From NCBI GenBank assembly GCA_965116215.1, contig OZ220494.1:769863-833862 (forward strand): a stretch of DNA of 64,000 nucleotides, written 5' to 3'. This DNA is from Bdellovibrionales bacterium. GTDB lineage: Bacteria; Bdellovibrionota; Bdellovibrionia; Bdellovibrionales; JAKFYE01. The translations under genes were made by a program, and so were the position numbers. This document shows, in pieces, positions 43,972 to 55,190 of the stretch. Each line of letters starts with the position of its first letter. Positions within the stretch are counted from its first letter, which is position 1. Below the pieces are notes generated by a model that was given only the letters and a program-made list of their open reading frames with translations, made no database searches and was not told the origin of the DNA.

Positions 43972-45363
43972 GTGGCAAAATTAAAGTTAAAATCTCAATA
44001 CGTCTGTCAGAGCTGCGGTGCTCAAAGACCAAAATGGGAAGGGCGTTGTTCTGATTGTGGATCATGGAACTCTCTTGTCGAAGAAAAGCCTCCTTCCTTA
44101 GACCAAAATCGAGGTTGGACTATTGGGAAAAAAACTTCTGATCATCACTCTATTGAGACCTTTAATCTCAATGAAAAAGTCACCAAGTCCTCTCAACCTA
44201 TTCGTCATCACACAGGTTATAAGGAATTAGACCGTGTCTTAGGAGGCGGGATTGTTCCCGGAAGCTTTATCTTACTGGGGGGAGACCCAGGAGTAGGAAA
44301 AAGCACACTCTTGCTCCAAATGGCGACAGGACTGACACAACTGAACACTTTAGATGTTCTCTACATTTCTGCTGAAGAGTCTCCGATTCAAACAACCTTA
44401 CGTGCACAACGATTAGGCCTTCGCTCCAAAACTGTAAACATTGCCAGCGAAAGTGAACTGAAAGTGATTTTAGATTTTGTTAAGAGCAGATCTCCTGCTC
44501 TTGTTATCATTGATTCTATTCAAACAGTTTATCTGTCAGATCTGAACGCAGCTCCTGGTAGTGTTTCTCAAGTCAGAGAATGTGCCGCAGCTTTGATGAA
44601 TCTTGCAAAGAGTGAAAACATCTGTGTCTTTATTATTGGACATGTCACAAAGGACGGACAAATTGCAGGGCCAAGAGTTCTAGAACATATGGTAGATACC
44701 GTGCTCTCTTTTGAAGGCAATATTGGCCACCCCTTTCGTATTCTACGCTCTCTAAAGAATAGATTTGGTGCCACTCAAGAAATTGGTGTTTTTCGAATGA
44801 ATAGTGAAGGACTCAATGAAGTCACTAACCCCTCTGAGTTTTTTTTAGAAGAACGTAGCCATGCTCAAATGGGAGCCTCTGTGCTTGCAACTATAGAAGG
44901 AACACGTCCTATCCTCTGTGAAGTACAGGCTCTGACAACATTAACATATATGTCCATGCCCAGACGTACAGCTATAGGATTTGATAACCAAAGGGTTCAC
45001 TTACTCTGTGCTGTTTTAGATAAAAAATTAGACACAGATTTTCATAGACAAGACGTTTTTATAAATGTTGTTGGAGGATTAAGACTCCAAGAACCGGCTG
45101 CAGATCTAGCTGTAGCTCTTTCGTTGCTATCCTCAAAAAAACAAAAAGAACTGCCGCCCTATACTCTATGTTTTGGAGAAATTGGTCTCACTGGAGAAAT
45201 CCGCCCTATCTCCTTTCCAGAACTAAGACTGAAAGAAGGAGAAAAACTTGGATTTAAGAACTTCATTCTCCCAGAAGCTAATCAAAAACACCTGAAAAAT
45301 TTTAAACTTAATGGTCAATTCCAATGGATAAAAACACTAAAAGATCTGCCTGAGTGTTATTAA
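43972..45363 (+). CDS. radA: DNA repair protein RadA/Sms
   Basis: It has a zinc ribbon YVCQSCGA...CSDCGSWN, Walker A GGDPGVGKST, the KNRFG motif and a Lon-like C-terminal domain. I chose GTG 43972 (giving MAKLKLKSQYVC) over GTG 43945. Confidence 0.92.
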   Translation: MAKLKLKSQYVCQSCGAQRPKWEGRCSDCGSWNSLVEEKPPSLDQNRGWTIGKKTSDHHSIETFNLNEKVTKSSQPIRHHTGYKELDRVLGGGIVPGSFILLGGDPGVGKSTLLLQMATGLTQLNTLDVLYISAEESPIQTTLRAQRLGLRSKTVNIASESELKVILDFVKSRSPALVIIDSIQTVYLSDLNAAPGSVSQVRECAAALMNLAKSENICVFIIGHVTKDGQIAGPRVLEHMVDTVLSFEGNIGHPFRILRSLKNRFGATQEIGVFRMNSEGLNEVTNPSEFFLEERSHAQMGASVLATIEGTRPILCEVQALTTLTYMSMPRRTAIGFDNQRVHLLCAVLDKKLDTDFHRQDVFINVVGGLRLQEPAADLAVALSLLSSKKQKELPPYTLCFGEIGLTGEIRPISFPELRLKEGEKLGFKNFILPEANQKHLKNFKLNGQFQWIKTLKDLPECY

Positions 45364-45396
45364 CACCCTTTTAAAGTCAAAAAAATCTCTATGGTA

Positions 45397-46872
45397 TTAT
45401 AACTTTTGGAGTGCAAGCCTCCATGCTGCAAATCGACGATTTCTAACTGTGGATTTCATATGTGGTTTAAACTCTCTTTCGATTTTCCAAATAGCCTTTA
45501 TGTCTTTCATATTTTCCCACAAACCAATACCTAACCCTGCAAGAAGTCCGGCTCCCAAAGCTGTTGTTTCAACATGCTTTGGGCGAATTAATTTTATACC
45601 CAAGTAATCCGACTGTATCTGCATCAAAAGATTATTTATACACGCCCCCCCATCCACTTTTAAAACTCTTAGTTTTTTCTTAAGATCTTTTTCCATACAC
45701 TGTAAAACTTCTGCGTTCTGCAAAGCCATTGCCTCTAAAGTGGCTCTAGCAATATGGGCTTTTGTTGTTCCTCGTGTAATTCCCCTTATCATTCCACGCA
45801 CCTGTGGATTCCAATAGGGAGCACCTAATCCCGAAAGGGTGGGAATAAACTCCACTCCTTCCGTGGATGACACCTTGTTCGCTAAATCTTCTATTTCAGC
45901 AGAAGATTTTAAAATCCCTAAACCATCACGTAGCCATTGAACAGCAGCCCCCGAAATAAAAACAGAACCCTCTAAAGCATAAGTGGGGTTTTTCTCTCCA
46001 CTCAATTGCCAAGCCACGGTCGTCAACAGTCCCGCCTTTGAAGAAATCACTTTGGAACCTGTGTTCATAAGAATGAAACTACCCGTCCCATATGTGCACT
46101 TAGCCTCACCTTCTGTATAACAGCATCCACCAAAAAGAGCGGACTGTTGATCTCCTGCAACTCCAGAAATAGGAATCCCAGAACGAAGAAAAGAATTTTT
46201 CACAGTCATACCAAACACACCACTTGAAGGATAAATCGCAGGCAAAATAGATGCAGGAAGATCAAACATATCAAGAAGCTCTTCATCCCATTGAGCTGTT
46301 CTTATATTCATCAACTGTGTGCGTGACGCATTGGAAATATCTGTCGCATGGATTTGTCCTCCTGAGAGTCTCCACATTAAAAAAGTATCTATTGTTCCCG
46401 CTGCCAATTCTCCCATCTTGGCTCTCTGGCGTGCTCCTGAAACATGATCTAAAATCCAACTTATTTTTGATGCAGAAAAATAAGGATCAATAACCAGCCC
46501 TGTCTTTTTCTGAATAAGGTGTCGAATTTTTTTTGATGCTTTTAATTTATTACAATAACTCTGTGTCCGACGACACTGCCAACTAATAGCATTATAAATA
46601 GGTCGACCCGTTTGACGATCCCATACAATAACCGTTTCTCTTTGATTTGTTATACCAATAGCTTGAATATCCACAGCCCCAGTTACCCTTTTCAATCGCA
46701 AGACTGTCGACTCGACACTTTTCCATATGTCCTCAGGGTTTGATTCGACCCAGCCTGGTTGGGGATAAATTTGACGATACTCTTGATTAATATGTTCTGA
46801 AAACTCTCCCTTTTGATTAAGAAAGGCAGCTGTTGTACCCGTTGTTCCCTGATCCAAACACAGAATAGACAT
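45397..46872 (-). CDS. glpK: Glycerol kinase
   Basis: LDQGTTGTTAAF, GITNQRETVIVWD and a FGGY-family C-terminal region. Confidence 0.93.
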   Translation of the reverse strand: MSILCLDQGTTGTTAAFLNQKGEFSEHINQEYRQIYPQPGWVESNPEDIWKSVESTVLRLKRVTGAVDIQAIGITNQRETVIVWDRQTGRPIYNAISWQCRRTQSYCNKLKASKKIRHLIQKKTGLVIDPYFSASKISWILDHVSGARQRAKMGELAAGTIDTFLMWRLSGGQIHATDISNASRTQLMNIRTAQWDEELLDMFDLPASILPAIYPSSGVFGMTVKNSFLRSGIPISGVAGDQQSALFGGCCYTEGEAKCTYGTGSFILMNTGSKVISSKAGLLTTVAWQLSGEKNPTYALEGSVFISGAAVQWLRDGLGILKSSAEIEDLANKVSSTEGVEFIPTLSGLGAPYWNPQVRGMIRGITRGTTKAHIARATLEAMALQNAEVLQCMEKDLKKKLRVLKVDGGACINNLLMQIQSDYLGIKLIRPKHVETTALGAGLLAGLGIGLWENMKDIKAIWKIEREFKPHMKSTVRNRRFAAWRLALQKL

Positions 46873-47110
46873 AATCTTTTCTCACCGTCACTCAATCTTT
46901 GATAATTGACTTTCTCCAATAAATAATCTTTAAAAAACTCTCAATCTTCTGTCACGTCTTTTAAGAAAATACAGAAGAATAGGTCATCTATCGACTTTAA
47001 TAAGACAATCCGTTCATATCTACTCTTTAAATCTATCTTCACAAAACATCTACGAATCTATAAAGAAAAAATTCACAACCCTTAAGATAATGCAAAAAGA
47101 TTATAGAGGA

Positions 47111-47296
47111 TTACAGCGTATTCGGATCATCTTTAGCAATGGCTTCTACTGTACTCTTCCAAGCCTTCATTAAAAGTCCAGAATCTTTATCCACAAGTTG
47201 TTTCATCAAGAGCGTTGCAACAACGACCACCACAATAATGAGCAAAATATATTCTACTATAATTTGTCCTGATGATTGAGACGACTTTTTTCTCAC
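47111..47296 (-). CDS. flp: Flp/Fap-family type IVb pilin (61 aa)
   Basis: From GTG 47296 it reads MRKKSSQSSG/QIIVEYILLIIVVVVVATLL. This fits the Flp signature G/xxxxEY followed by a hydrophobic helix. The 99-aa long-ORF call adds 38 residues that look non-native. Confidence 0.6.
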   Translation of the reverse strand: MRKKSSQSSGQIIVEYILLIIVVVVVATLLMKQLVDKDSGLLMKAWKSTVEAIAKDDPNTL

Positions 47297-47396
47297 AATG
47301 TACTTCCCTATAAACCCATCGCAGTAAAAACCCTTACTCTCTAATGGACTTGATTCTACGTCAAAAATCGGCTCTCTTTTAAAACAAGACCACTGT

Positions 47397-47834
47397 CTAG
47401 TCTTCAACACTCCCTATAATATTATCAACACAATCTATAATCGATGGAAACCAGTCCTCCACCAATGGACCACATAATCCCACAACAAAATCATTATTGA
47501 GTTTATGGACTCCAATCTTAACATCTCCACCAAAAGATTTTCTAAAAACCTCCCACTCAGAATACAAACAAAAGAAAAGACGCCCACTAAAGTTCTCCTG
47601 CGATTGCAATCGAGCTTTTAAATAATTTTGCATTCTAAAATAAAGCAAAAGTGCATCGGGTTCATTATTATGATTAAAATAAAACCTCAATGGATCACTA
47701 AATATGGCCGTATCAAACTCACTACTAAAACAAGAACTTTGATAGATAGCTGTTTCAAAGGATGCCTTTTCTAAGTTAGCCCACATAAACACCCCCTTTA
47801 TCACTCTTATCCTAAGCGTAGAGAAAAAAGACAC
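47397..47834 (-). CDS. Hypothetical protein
   Basis: ORF only; I recognise no motif. The likely start is the internal Met (MWANLEKAS). Confidence 0.35.
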   Translation of the reverse strand: MSFFSTLRIRVIKGVFMWANLEKASFETAIYQSSCFSSEFDTAIFSDPLRFYFNHNNEPDALLLYFRMQNYLKARLQSQENFSGRLFFCLYSEWEVFRKSFGGDVKIGVHKLNNDFVVGLCGPLVEDWFPSIIDCVDNIIGSVED

Positions 47835-47858
47835 TAGAAAGCAAAGAGTTTTTTGTTC

Positions 47859-49094
47859 TTAATAAACCTTTTGACCTTGAAACCACGTCTGATAAATCAT
47901 CGAAGTACCAATTTCCAAAAAAAGTTTTTGCCAACTGTCCTTTAAAACAATAAAATCAGCACTCATTCCCTCTTTAATACAACCCACTCTATCACCTAAC
48001 CCTAAAGCAGATGCCGCATTCCATGTCAATCCTGCTAAAACCTCAGGCAAAGAAAGAGTTAACTGACAGCGAGATAAGACACCAATGAATGAAAGATCCT
48101 GTGTTGGAGACGAACCGGGATTGAAGTCTGTTGCCAATGCCACACGAGCCCCTCTGTCCAACAAATCTCTAGCTGGGGGGTAAGATATATTTAAATAAAA
48201 ATCAGAGGACGGTAAAAGAACAACAGTGACTTGAGAATCTACAAGAACCTCTATATCACTTTCATTAATTTCTACACAATGATCTACCGAAAGAGCCCCC
48301 TTTTTAAGAGCTAAATGAAGGCCACCCAATCGAGATAACTGTTCTGTATGAACAGTCATACTCAATCCATTAGCCTGACACCAATTTAAAAAATGAAGAG
48401 CCTGTTCTAATCCAAAATAACCTTTTTCAATAAAGATATCCGCACGTTTTGCTATTCCCTGTTGTATAATAGCAGGCCCCTGTTCAGAAAGAATATGATC
48501 CATGTAATCATCGGCATTTTTAAATTCCTTGGGTACAAAATGTGGTCCTAAATATGTAGGAATGATTCTTATAGGTTTAAGGTTTGAAATGACGTCCAAT
48601 ATCTTCAATTCACCAGTTGTATTTAAACCATAACCTGACTTTATTTCCAAAGTTGTCACACCCTGATGGACAAAACGATCAACTCTCCGCTGACCTGACT
48701 CTAAAAGCTCTTCATGTGAAGCACAACGAGTTGATTTTACAGTAGACCAAATCCCCCCACCACTTGCTGCAATATCTTGATATGTCTCCCCTAATCTTCG
48801 TCTTTCAAATTCATCTGAACGATCACCTGCAAAAACAGTATGTGTATGACAGTCTATAAAGCCAGGAAGGACATCTGCACCTTCAAGATGAATTTGTTTT
48901 AAACCCTTAAATATTTGTGGAATATGGCTCCTTTGACCCACCCAATGAAATCGACCATCTTTGACCACAAAGGCCCCGTCCTTAATCACACTCAAGTGAG
49001 ATTTATCGATAGATCTTCCATCACACTTTTTAACACCCTCAAGAGTTAAAAGATGACGAATACCTAAAAATACCATACCTCTTTCTTCTGACAT
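47859..49094 (-). CDS. hutI: Imidazolonepropionase
   Basis: It has the amidohydrolase metal site FIDCHTHTVFAG, and it sits in a hutH-hutU context. Confidence 0.9.
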   Translation of the reverse strand: MSEERGMVFLGIRHLLTLEGVKKCDGRSIDKSHLSVIKDGAFVVKDGRFHWVGQRSHIPQIFKGLKQIHLEGADVLPGFIDCHTHTVFAGDRSDEFERRRLGETYQDIAASGGGIWSTVKSTRCASHEELLESGQRRVDRFVHQGVTTLEIKSGYGLNTTGELKILDVISNLKPIRIIPTYLGPHFVPKEFKNADDYMDHILSEQGPAIIQQGIAKRADIFIEKGYFGLEQALHFLNWCQANGLSMTVHTEQLSRLGGLHLALKKGALSVDHCVEINESDIEVLVDSQVTVVLLPSSDFYLNISYPPARDLLDRGARVALATDFNPGSSPTQDLSFIGVLSRCQLTLSLPEVLAGLTWNAASALGLGDRVGCIKEGMSADFIVLKDSWQKLFLEIGTSMIYQTWFQGQKVY

Positions 49095-49213
49095 ACATCA
49101 CCTCAATCCTATAACTTTGTTATAACAGATTCTAAAAAATAGATTGTAATAGAATCCATTATAGATATGGATATCAAAAAAATGAATCAACAAGACTCAA
49201 GGGATGATTCATT

Positions 49214-50866
49214 TTAATAAAGCTTTTCATAACCTAAAAGATCATATTCCTTAGCAATAGCATGTGCCTCTTCATAACCTGCATCTATATGTCTGTAGAG
49301 TCCCAAAGCAGGATCAGCCGTCAAAACACGCTCCAATCTTTTTTCTGCATCTTGTGTTCCGTCAGCAACAATAACTTGCCCTGCATGTTGACTATAGCCT
49401 ATGCCCACTCCACCACCGTGATGAAAACTCACCCATGTGGCCCCACATGCGACATTAGACATAGCGTTTAAAAGGGGCCAATCAGAAATAGCATCCGATC
49501 CATCTTTCATACCTTCTGTCTCTCTATTTGGGGAAGCCACACTCCCACAGTCCAAATGATCTCTCCCTAACACAATAGGTGCCTTCACTTGACCTGTTCG
49601 CACCAGTTCATTGAATTTTATTCCCACCTTAGCTCTCTCCACATACTCTAACCAACAAATACGTGCGGGTAATCCCTGAAAAGAAATACGCTCTTCTGCC
49701 ATATCCAACCAATTTAATAAATGTTTTTTATGAGGAAATAACTCTCTTAATGCATCATCTGTCACTTGTATATCTTGAGGATCACCAGAAAGAGCGACCC
49801 AACGAAAGGGACCACTACCACGACAAAATAAAGGACGAATAAATTCTGGTATAAATCCTTTAAAGTCAAAAGCATTTTTTAATCCCGCATTATAAGCAAT
49901 AGCTCTGATATTATTTCCATAATCAAATGTCACCGTCCCTTGCTTCTGCATCTTAAGCATACCTTCAACATGTTTACGTATGGAACATGTAGAGGCTTTC
50001 ACATAAGCTGTTGCATCTGTTTTTCTTAATCTAGAGGCCCTCTCAATTGAAAAACCCTCTGGAATATAACCATTTAATGGATCATGTGCTGAGGTCTGAT
50101 CAGTTAAAATATCTGGTCTAAAACCTTTGACTATCATTTGATGAATAAATTCAGACATATTACCTATGAGGGCAACAGATTTAGCTTCTCCAAGACTTTT
50201 ATATTTTTCAATCCTACTAAGAGCATCATCTAAATTATCAGCAACTTCATCCACATACTGTGTCTGAAGTCGCTTTTTAACACGCAAAGGATCCACTTCC
50301 ACAGCTAGAACACAGGCTCCGGCAAAAACACCTGCTAGAGGCTGTGCGCCCCCCATGCCTCCTAAACCCGCTGTCAAAATACTTTTACCTTTTAAACTTC
50401 CATTAAAATACTTTCTTCCCGCTTCCACAAAAGTCTCATATGTCCCCTGAATAATCCCCTGTGTTCCAATATAAATCCAACTTCCTGCAGTCATTTGACC
50501 AAACATGATTAAACCTTTTTTATCCAACTCATGAAAATAGTCCCAATTTGCCCAGTGAGGCACGAGATTAGAGTTAGCCATTAACACACGTGGAGCGTCC
50601 TTATGAGTTTTAATAAAACCAACAGGCTTACCTGACTGAACGAGTAAAGTCTCATCATCTTCTAAATCTTTCAAACAGGATAATATTTTATCAAATGCTT
50701 TCCAATGACGTGCGGCTTTACCACTACCTCCATAAACAATAAGATTTTGAGGATCTTCTGCGACCTCTTGGTCCAAATTATTTTGAAGCATACGATACGC
50801 AGCCTCTTGTAACCACCCCTTACAATGCAGTTTATTACCCCTTGGGGCACGCACAGAACGATGCAT
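49214..50866 (-). CDS. hutU: Urocanate hydratase
   Basis: [32 protein letters not shown] is the canonical HutU N-terminus. I placed the start at ATG 50866, preceded by AAGGAGG, rather than 50923. Confidence 0.93.
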   Translation of the reverse strand: MHRSVRAPRGNKLHCKGWLQEAAYRMLQNNLDQEVAEDPQNLIVYGGSGKAARHWKAFDKILSCLKDLEDDETLLVQSGKPVGFIKTHKDAPRVLMANSNLVPHWANWDYFHELDKKGLIMFGQMTAGSWIYIGTQGIIQGTYETFVEAGRKYFNGSLKGKSILTAGLGGMGGAQPLAGVFAGACVLAVEVDPLRVKKRLQTQYVDEVADNLDDALSRIEKYKSLGEAKSVALIGNMSEFIHQMIVKGFRPDILTDQTSAHDPLNGYIPEGFSIERASRLRKTDATAYVKASTCSIRKHVEGMLKMQKQGTVTFDYGNNIRAIAYNAGLKNAFDFKGFIPEFIRPLFCRGSGPFRWVALSGDPQDIQVTDDALRELFPHKKHLLNWLDMAEERISFQGLPARICWLEYVERAKVGIKFNELVRTGQVKAPIVLGRDHLDCGSVASPNRETEGMKDGSDAISDWPLLNAMSNVACGATWVSFHHGGGVGIGYSQHAGQVIVADGTQDAEKRLERVLTADPALGLYRHIDAGYEEAHAIAKEYDLLGYEKLY

Positions 50867-50888
50867 AGGACCTCCTTTCAAAAACCTC

Positions 50889-52403
50889 TTACCACTCCAA
50901 CTCTCCAACAGAAGATGTGACATTGTGAAGAATTTCTGGAAGCGTGTTCCTTATGATTTCTATATCTTCTGAAAACACCCGATCTTTCTGAGCAAAGCTG
51001 ACATGAGCACGAATAGCCTCATAAGCTACTTTTACACCTGCTGTTGGCTCGTTAGGTTTTAAAAAATCTAGAGCTTGAGCGGCACAGAGTAATTCCATAG
51101 CAATAACTTTTTCCATATTATCAACAATCTTTCTGAGTTTTCTTGCTGATGTTGTACCCATGCTGACATGATCCTCTTTATCCGCAGAAGTAGAAATACT
51201 ATCGACTGATGCCGGATGAGAGAGCACCTTATTTTCATTGACAAGAGAGGCTGCTGCTACTTGAACAATCATCATTCCACTATGTAGACCACTTTCTTGA
51301 GTTAAAAAAGGTGGAAGTTCACTCATCAAGGGGTTCACCAATTTTTCAATACGACGCTCTGAAATATTTGAAAGTGCTGTTATCGTTAAGCTCAGGTAAT
51401 CCAAAACAAAAGCCACAGGTGCACCATGAAAATTACCACAGGATAAAATTTTATCTTTTTCATAAAAAACCAAAGGGTTATCTGTACTGGAATTGGCCTC
51501 TGTTTCTAAAACATGTACAGCATGCCTTAAAGAATCTTTCACTGCACCATGTACGGCTGGCATACACCTTAGGGAATAGGAATCTTGAATTTTCTTACAT
51601 CTCTCATGACTTTTAGCAATTTGTGATATTTCTCCTAGGCACTTAAGGAGATTCTTAGCCGTTTTTATTTCTCCAGAATGAGGACGCACTGAAGATATCA
51701 AGGGATCAAACGCTTTTCGAGATCCACGAAGAGCCTCTAATGACATACTCCCTGCAATATCTGAAACCCAAATCAAATCCCTAATACGATAGGCACTAAG
51801 TAGTCCAATGGCTGTCATCACCTGACATCCATTGATTAAACTGAGACCTTCCTTTTCCTTCAATACCAATGGTTTTATATTTTTTTCTTTAAGTACAGTG
51901 GATGTTTCAACAAGTATATCTTCAGACCAAACCCTCCCCTCTCCAATCAACGCCAATGCCAAGTGAGCAAGGGGGGCTAAATCCCCACTGGCCCCTACAC
52001 TCCCCTGCTGGGGAATAACCGGAAGAATATCTCTATTTAAATACTCCAATATTTTTTCAATAACCTCTACACGTACTCCACTGTGCCCACGTGCAAGAGC
52101 ATTCGCCCTCAATAGCATAATAGCCCTTGTTTCCTTCTTTGAAAAAGGTTTTCCTAAACCAACACTATGAGAGCGGACAATATTAACCTGTAGCTCTTCT
52201 AATTGATTTTCAGGAATACATATCGAACTTAAAGCTCCAAAACCTGTATTCACACCATAGATGGGCTTTTTTATTTTCGAAAGGATATACTCTCTACATT
52301 GAATCACTTTTTCTCTAGAACAAGAAGACAATTCCAATGGTTCTGTACTGTTTATAAAACGCCATACAGATTCTAAATTTAAATTTTTTCCAGAAAGATC
52401 CAT
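50889..52403 (-). CDS. hutH: Histidine ammonia-lyase
   Basis: It has the MIO-forming [15 protein letters not shown] motif. Confidence 0.93.
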   Translation of the reverse strand: MDLSGKNLNLESVWRFINSTEPLELSSCSREKVIQCREYILSKIKKPIYGVNTGFGALSSICIPENQLEELQVNIVRSHSVGLGKPFSKKETRAIMLLRANALARGHSGVRVEVIEKILEYLNRDILPVIPQQGSVGASGDLAPLAHLALALIGEGRVWSEDILVETSTVLKEKNIKPLVLKEKEGLSLINGCQVMTAIGLLSAYRIRDLIWVSDIAGSMSLEALRGSRKAFDPLISSVRPHSGEIKTAKNLLKCLGEISQIAKSHERCKKIQDSYSLRCMPAVHGAVKDSLRHAVHVLETEANSSTDNPLVFYEKDKILSCGNFHGAPVAFVLDYLSLTITALSNISERRIEKLVNPLMSELPPFLTQESGLHSGMMIVQVAAASLVNENKVLSHPASVDSISTSADKEDHVSMGTTSARKLRKIVDNMEKVIAMELLCAAQALDFLKPNEPTAGVKVAYEAIRAHVSFAQKDRVFSEDIEIIRNTLPEILHNVTSSVGELEW

Positions 52404-52680
52404 ACCTTCATTCTTTAAATGAACTCACTATACATACTTATCGCAACATTATCGCTCGTCACCATAAAACTCATTGTTTAAATATTTTTGATATCATATG
52501 CACACTTCTTTCAATCCATAGCAAGAATGTGCTATCCGTCTATGTTTAATAGCATCTATCTCTTCTCTCAACCTTATGACCCATTTTCAACATATATTCC
52601 ACAATTTCTTTTCAAAGGTCAAAAGCTCTTCATCTATTTTCGTTGAATCAACAATAGGTAAAGGGTTTTCACATCTTCCC

Positions 52681-53355
52681 TCATGTCACTGACTTCATTT
52701 CCTGAGTCTCTCCTCGCAATTGTTTTATAGCTTTGAAATAATCCTGACCAAAGACATAACTTCCTGAAACCAAAGTGTCAGCACCTGCTGCTCTCGATAT
52801 CTGTGCTGTACGTTCATTAATACCACCATCAACTTGAATTCTCAAAGAAGGGTGTCTCACTTTAGCCTCTTTTCTTAAAGTTCTAATTTTCTGAACTTGA
52901 TCCTCCATAAATGGCTGCCCTCCAGCACCAGGGTTAACAGTCATAACAAGAATGAGATCCACCTTTTCAATAAAAGGAAGAACAGTCTCAATCGATGAGT
53001 CTGGTTTTAATGTAACTCCACAATGCACATTATGTTTCTTTACTTGATCAATACACTGAAAGACATTCTGGGTACTTTCAACATGAATGGTTATATTATC
53101 TGAGCCAGCCTGAATAAAATCTTCCAGCTGTTTCTCAGGAGATTCTATCATAAGATGAACATCGAAATAGGCTTTTGTCACTTTCCGTAATTTAGCAATA
53201 ACAGGAGCCCCGAATGTCAAGTTAGGAACAAAATGACCATCCATAACATCTAAATGAATCCAATCAGCACCTGCTTTTAAAACACGATGAACTTCTGATC
53301 CTAAATGAGCAAAATCAGCAGATAAAAGACTTGGAGCAATAACAAGTGGATTCAT
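52681..53355 (-). CDS. rpe: Ribulose-phosphate 3-epimerase
   Basis: IAPSLLSADFAHLGSEV...HLDVMDGHFVPNLTFG. Confidence 0.93.
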   Translation of the reverse strand: MNPLVIAPSLLSADFAHLGSEVHRVLKAGADWIHLDVMDGHFVPNLTFGAPVIAKLRKVTKAYFDVHLMIESPEKQLEDFIQAGSDNITIHVESTQNVFQCIDQVKKHNVHCGVTLKPDSSIETVLPFIEKVDLILVMTVNPGAGGQPFMEDQVQKIRTLRKEAKVRHPSLRIQVDGGINERTAQISRAAGADTLVSGSYVFGQDYFKAIKQLRGETQEMKSVT

Positions 53356-53379
53356 AAAATAATGTCTCCTATATTTTAC

Positions 53380-54321
53380 TTATTTAGAGAGTATCTCACC
53401 TTTTTTTAATATATAGCCTTGAAGATAACTCTTAACGTCTTGTATAGATCGACTTTCAGGTTGAACACTAAAAATCTCAAGTTCTCCTTCTCCGCAACTC
53501 ACAATAAAACTGGAATCTGTAACAGATGTCACTACCCCTGGGGGATTCTGACTTGAGCTTTTAAGGGGACGAGCTTTTAAAATTTTTAAACGCCGGCCCT
53601 GTCGATAAGTCCATGACCCAGGCCACATCAATAAGGCTCTTATGCAATTGAAAATCTCGCTTGCTGATTCAGACCAATCAATCTCTCCTTCTGTCCTACT
53701 AATTTTTCGAGCTATTGTCACTTGCGTTGGATCTTGAGGTTTGGCCAAACGAGCACCCCTTAAATATTCTTTAAAATCAGTAGAAAAAAGTTCACACGAT
53801 TTCTCCTTTAAAGAATTATAGAGGGCATATATATCTGTGTCCTCATCAATAGGAACCTCTCTTTGACCTATGACATCTCCGGCATCTAGTTTTTCTACAA
53901 CTTTTTGAAGACTCACGCCCGTGACAGAATCTCCTGCCATTAAGGCCCTTTGCATAGGAGCTGCTCCTCTCCATCTGGGAAGCAAACTTGAATGAATATT
54001 GACAGCTCCTCGAGGAAAAATATCCAAAAAGGGTCTTGATAAAATTTGCCCAAAAGCCACAACAACAGCTACATCTACACGCAATTGTTGTATAAATTCT
54101 AAATTTTCTGCCCTATTTACAGAGTCCATAGATCGAACCCTTAAATGAAGGCGTTCAGCACATTCCTTGATAGGTGAGGGTTGAATTTTCATAAACCTAT
54201 CTTTTGGACGATCCGGCTGTGTGATAACATAAACAACATCAAAATGCGGATCCTTTGCAAGGGTCTCCAATGGAGTTACAGCAAAGTCAGGAGTCCCTAA
54301 ATAAACAAGGCGTGATTTCAT
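53380..54321 (-). CDS. fmt: Methionyl-tRNA formyltransferase
   Basis: VYLGTPDFAV..., NIHSSLLPRWRGAAPMQRAL. Confidence 0.92.
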   Translation of the reverse strand: MKSRLVYLGTPDFAVTPLETLAKDPHFDVVYVITQPDRPKDRFMKIQPSPIKECAERLHLRVRSMDSVNRAENLEFIQQLRVDVAVVVAFGQILSRPFLDIFPRGAVNIHSSLLPRWRGAAPMQRALMAGDSVTGVSLQKVVEKLDAGDVIGQREVPIDEDTDIYALYNSLKEKSCELFSTDFKEYLRGARLAKPQDPTQVTIARKISRTEGEIDWSESASEIFNCIRALLMWPGSWTYRQGRRLKILKARPLKSSSQNPPGVVTSVTDSSFIVSCGEGELEIFSVQPESRSIQDVKSYLQGYILKKGEILSK

Positions 54322-54938
54322 TCATTAGCGTCTGATCTCACCTGATTGAAATACATCTGAGATCTGTTGTCCCCATCTTGGAAAGGAGATTCTGGATATC
54401 CAAATTTTTTGATTTTCTTCTTAACACGATCTGATTTCATAAAGCTAATACGATCAATAAACAATTTTCCAGCAAGGTGATCCATTTCATGCTGTAGACA
54501 GATAGCTAATAATCCATCTGTTTTAACAGTCAATAATTCTCCATTTTTATTAAGAGCCGAGACCTCAACATATTGACAACGGTCAACGAGTTCTACATAG
54601 CCAGGCACACTAAGGCACCCCTCTTCAAAAGACGTATGACCCTTTTTCACTTGAATTTCAGGATTGAATAAAATAAGAGGGAACTCCACCTCAGCTTCAA
54701 GAGGTGTTAAATGTTCGTCTTGTATTTCTCCATTTTCATCTTTAAAACGCGTATCAATAACAATTAAATTAATTCTTCGATCCACTTGAGGAGCCGCTAG
54801 CCCTATCCCTCCAGAAGCATACATGGTTTCCAACATATCTTCGGCTAAATTTCTTAACTCCTCAGTAACCCGTTCAACGGGAACAGATTTTTGTTTCAAT
54901 CTAGGATCAGGATATTTTAAAATCTCTAATACAGCCAT
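54318..54938 (-). CDS. def: Peptide deformylase (with internal insertion and extended C-terminal tail)
   Basis: It has GIGLAAPQV, EGCLSVPG and QHEMDHL. At 206 aa it is longer than typical. It overlaps the fmt start by 4 nt. Confidence 0.9.
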   Translation of the reverse strand: MAVLEILKYPDPRLKQKSVPVERVTEELRNLAEDMLETMYASGGIGLAAPQVDRRINLIVIDTRFKDENGEIQDEHLTPLEAEVEFPLILFNPEIQVKKGHTSFEEGCLSVPGYVELVDRCQYVEVSALNKNGELLTVKTDGLLAICLQHEMDHLAGKLFIDRISFMKSDRVKKKIKKFGYPESPFQDGDNRSQMYFNQVRSDANE

Positions 54939-55190
54939 TGTCCCTCTTTAAATACACAACGCCCTCTTCTTTACCCTAAAGAGAAGGCGACTGAAGCCAT
55001 TTATTGCCACTTTACCTTCTTTCTAAGGATAACATATCTTTAAAATACTGTCTCCCTTAGAGCGGACAAAAACAGCTCCTACCTCCCAATGAGACCTCTA
55101 CCTTCAATGGACGCCATCTCAATCTTTTTATATTTTACAAATATTCTCTTTTAAAAAATCTTTCACCTTCAAAGCAGATATTCCTTCGAT

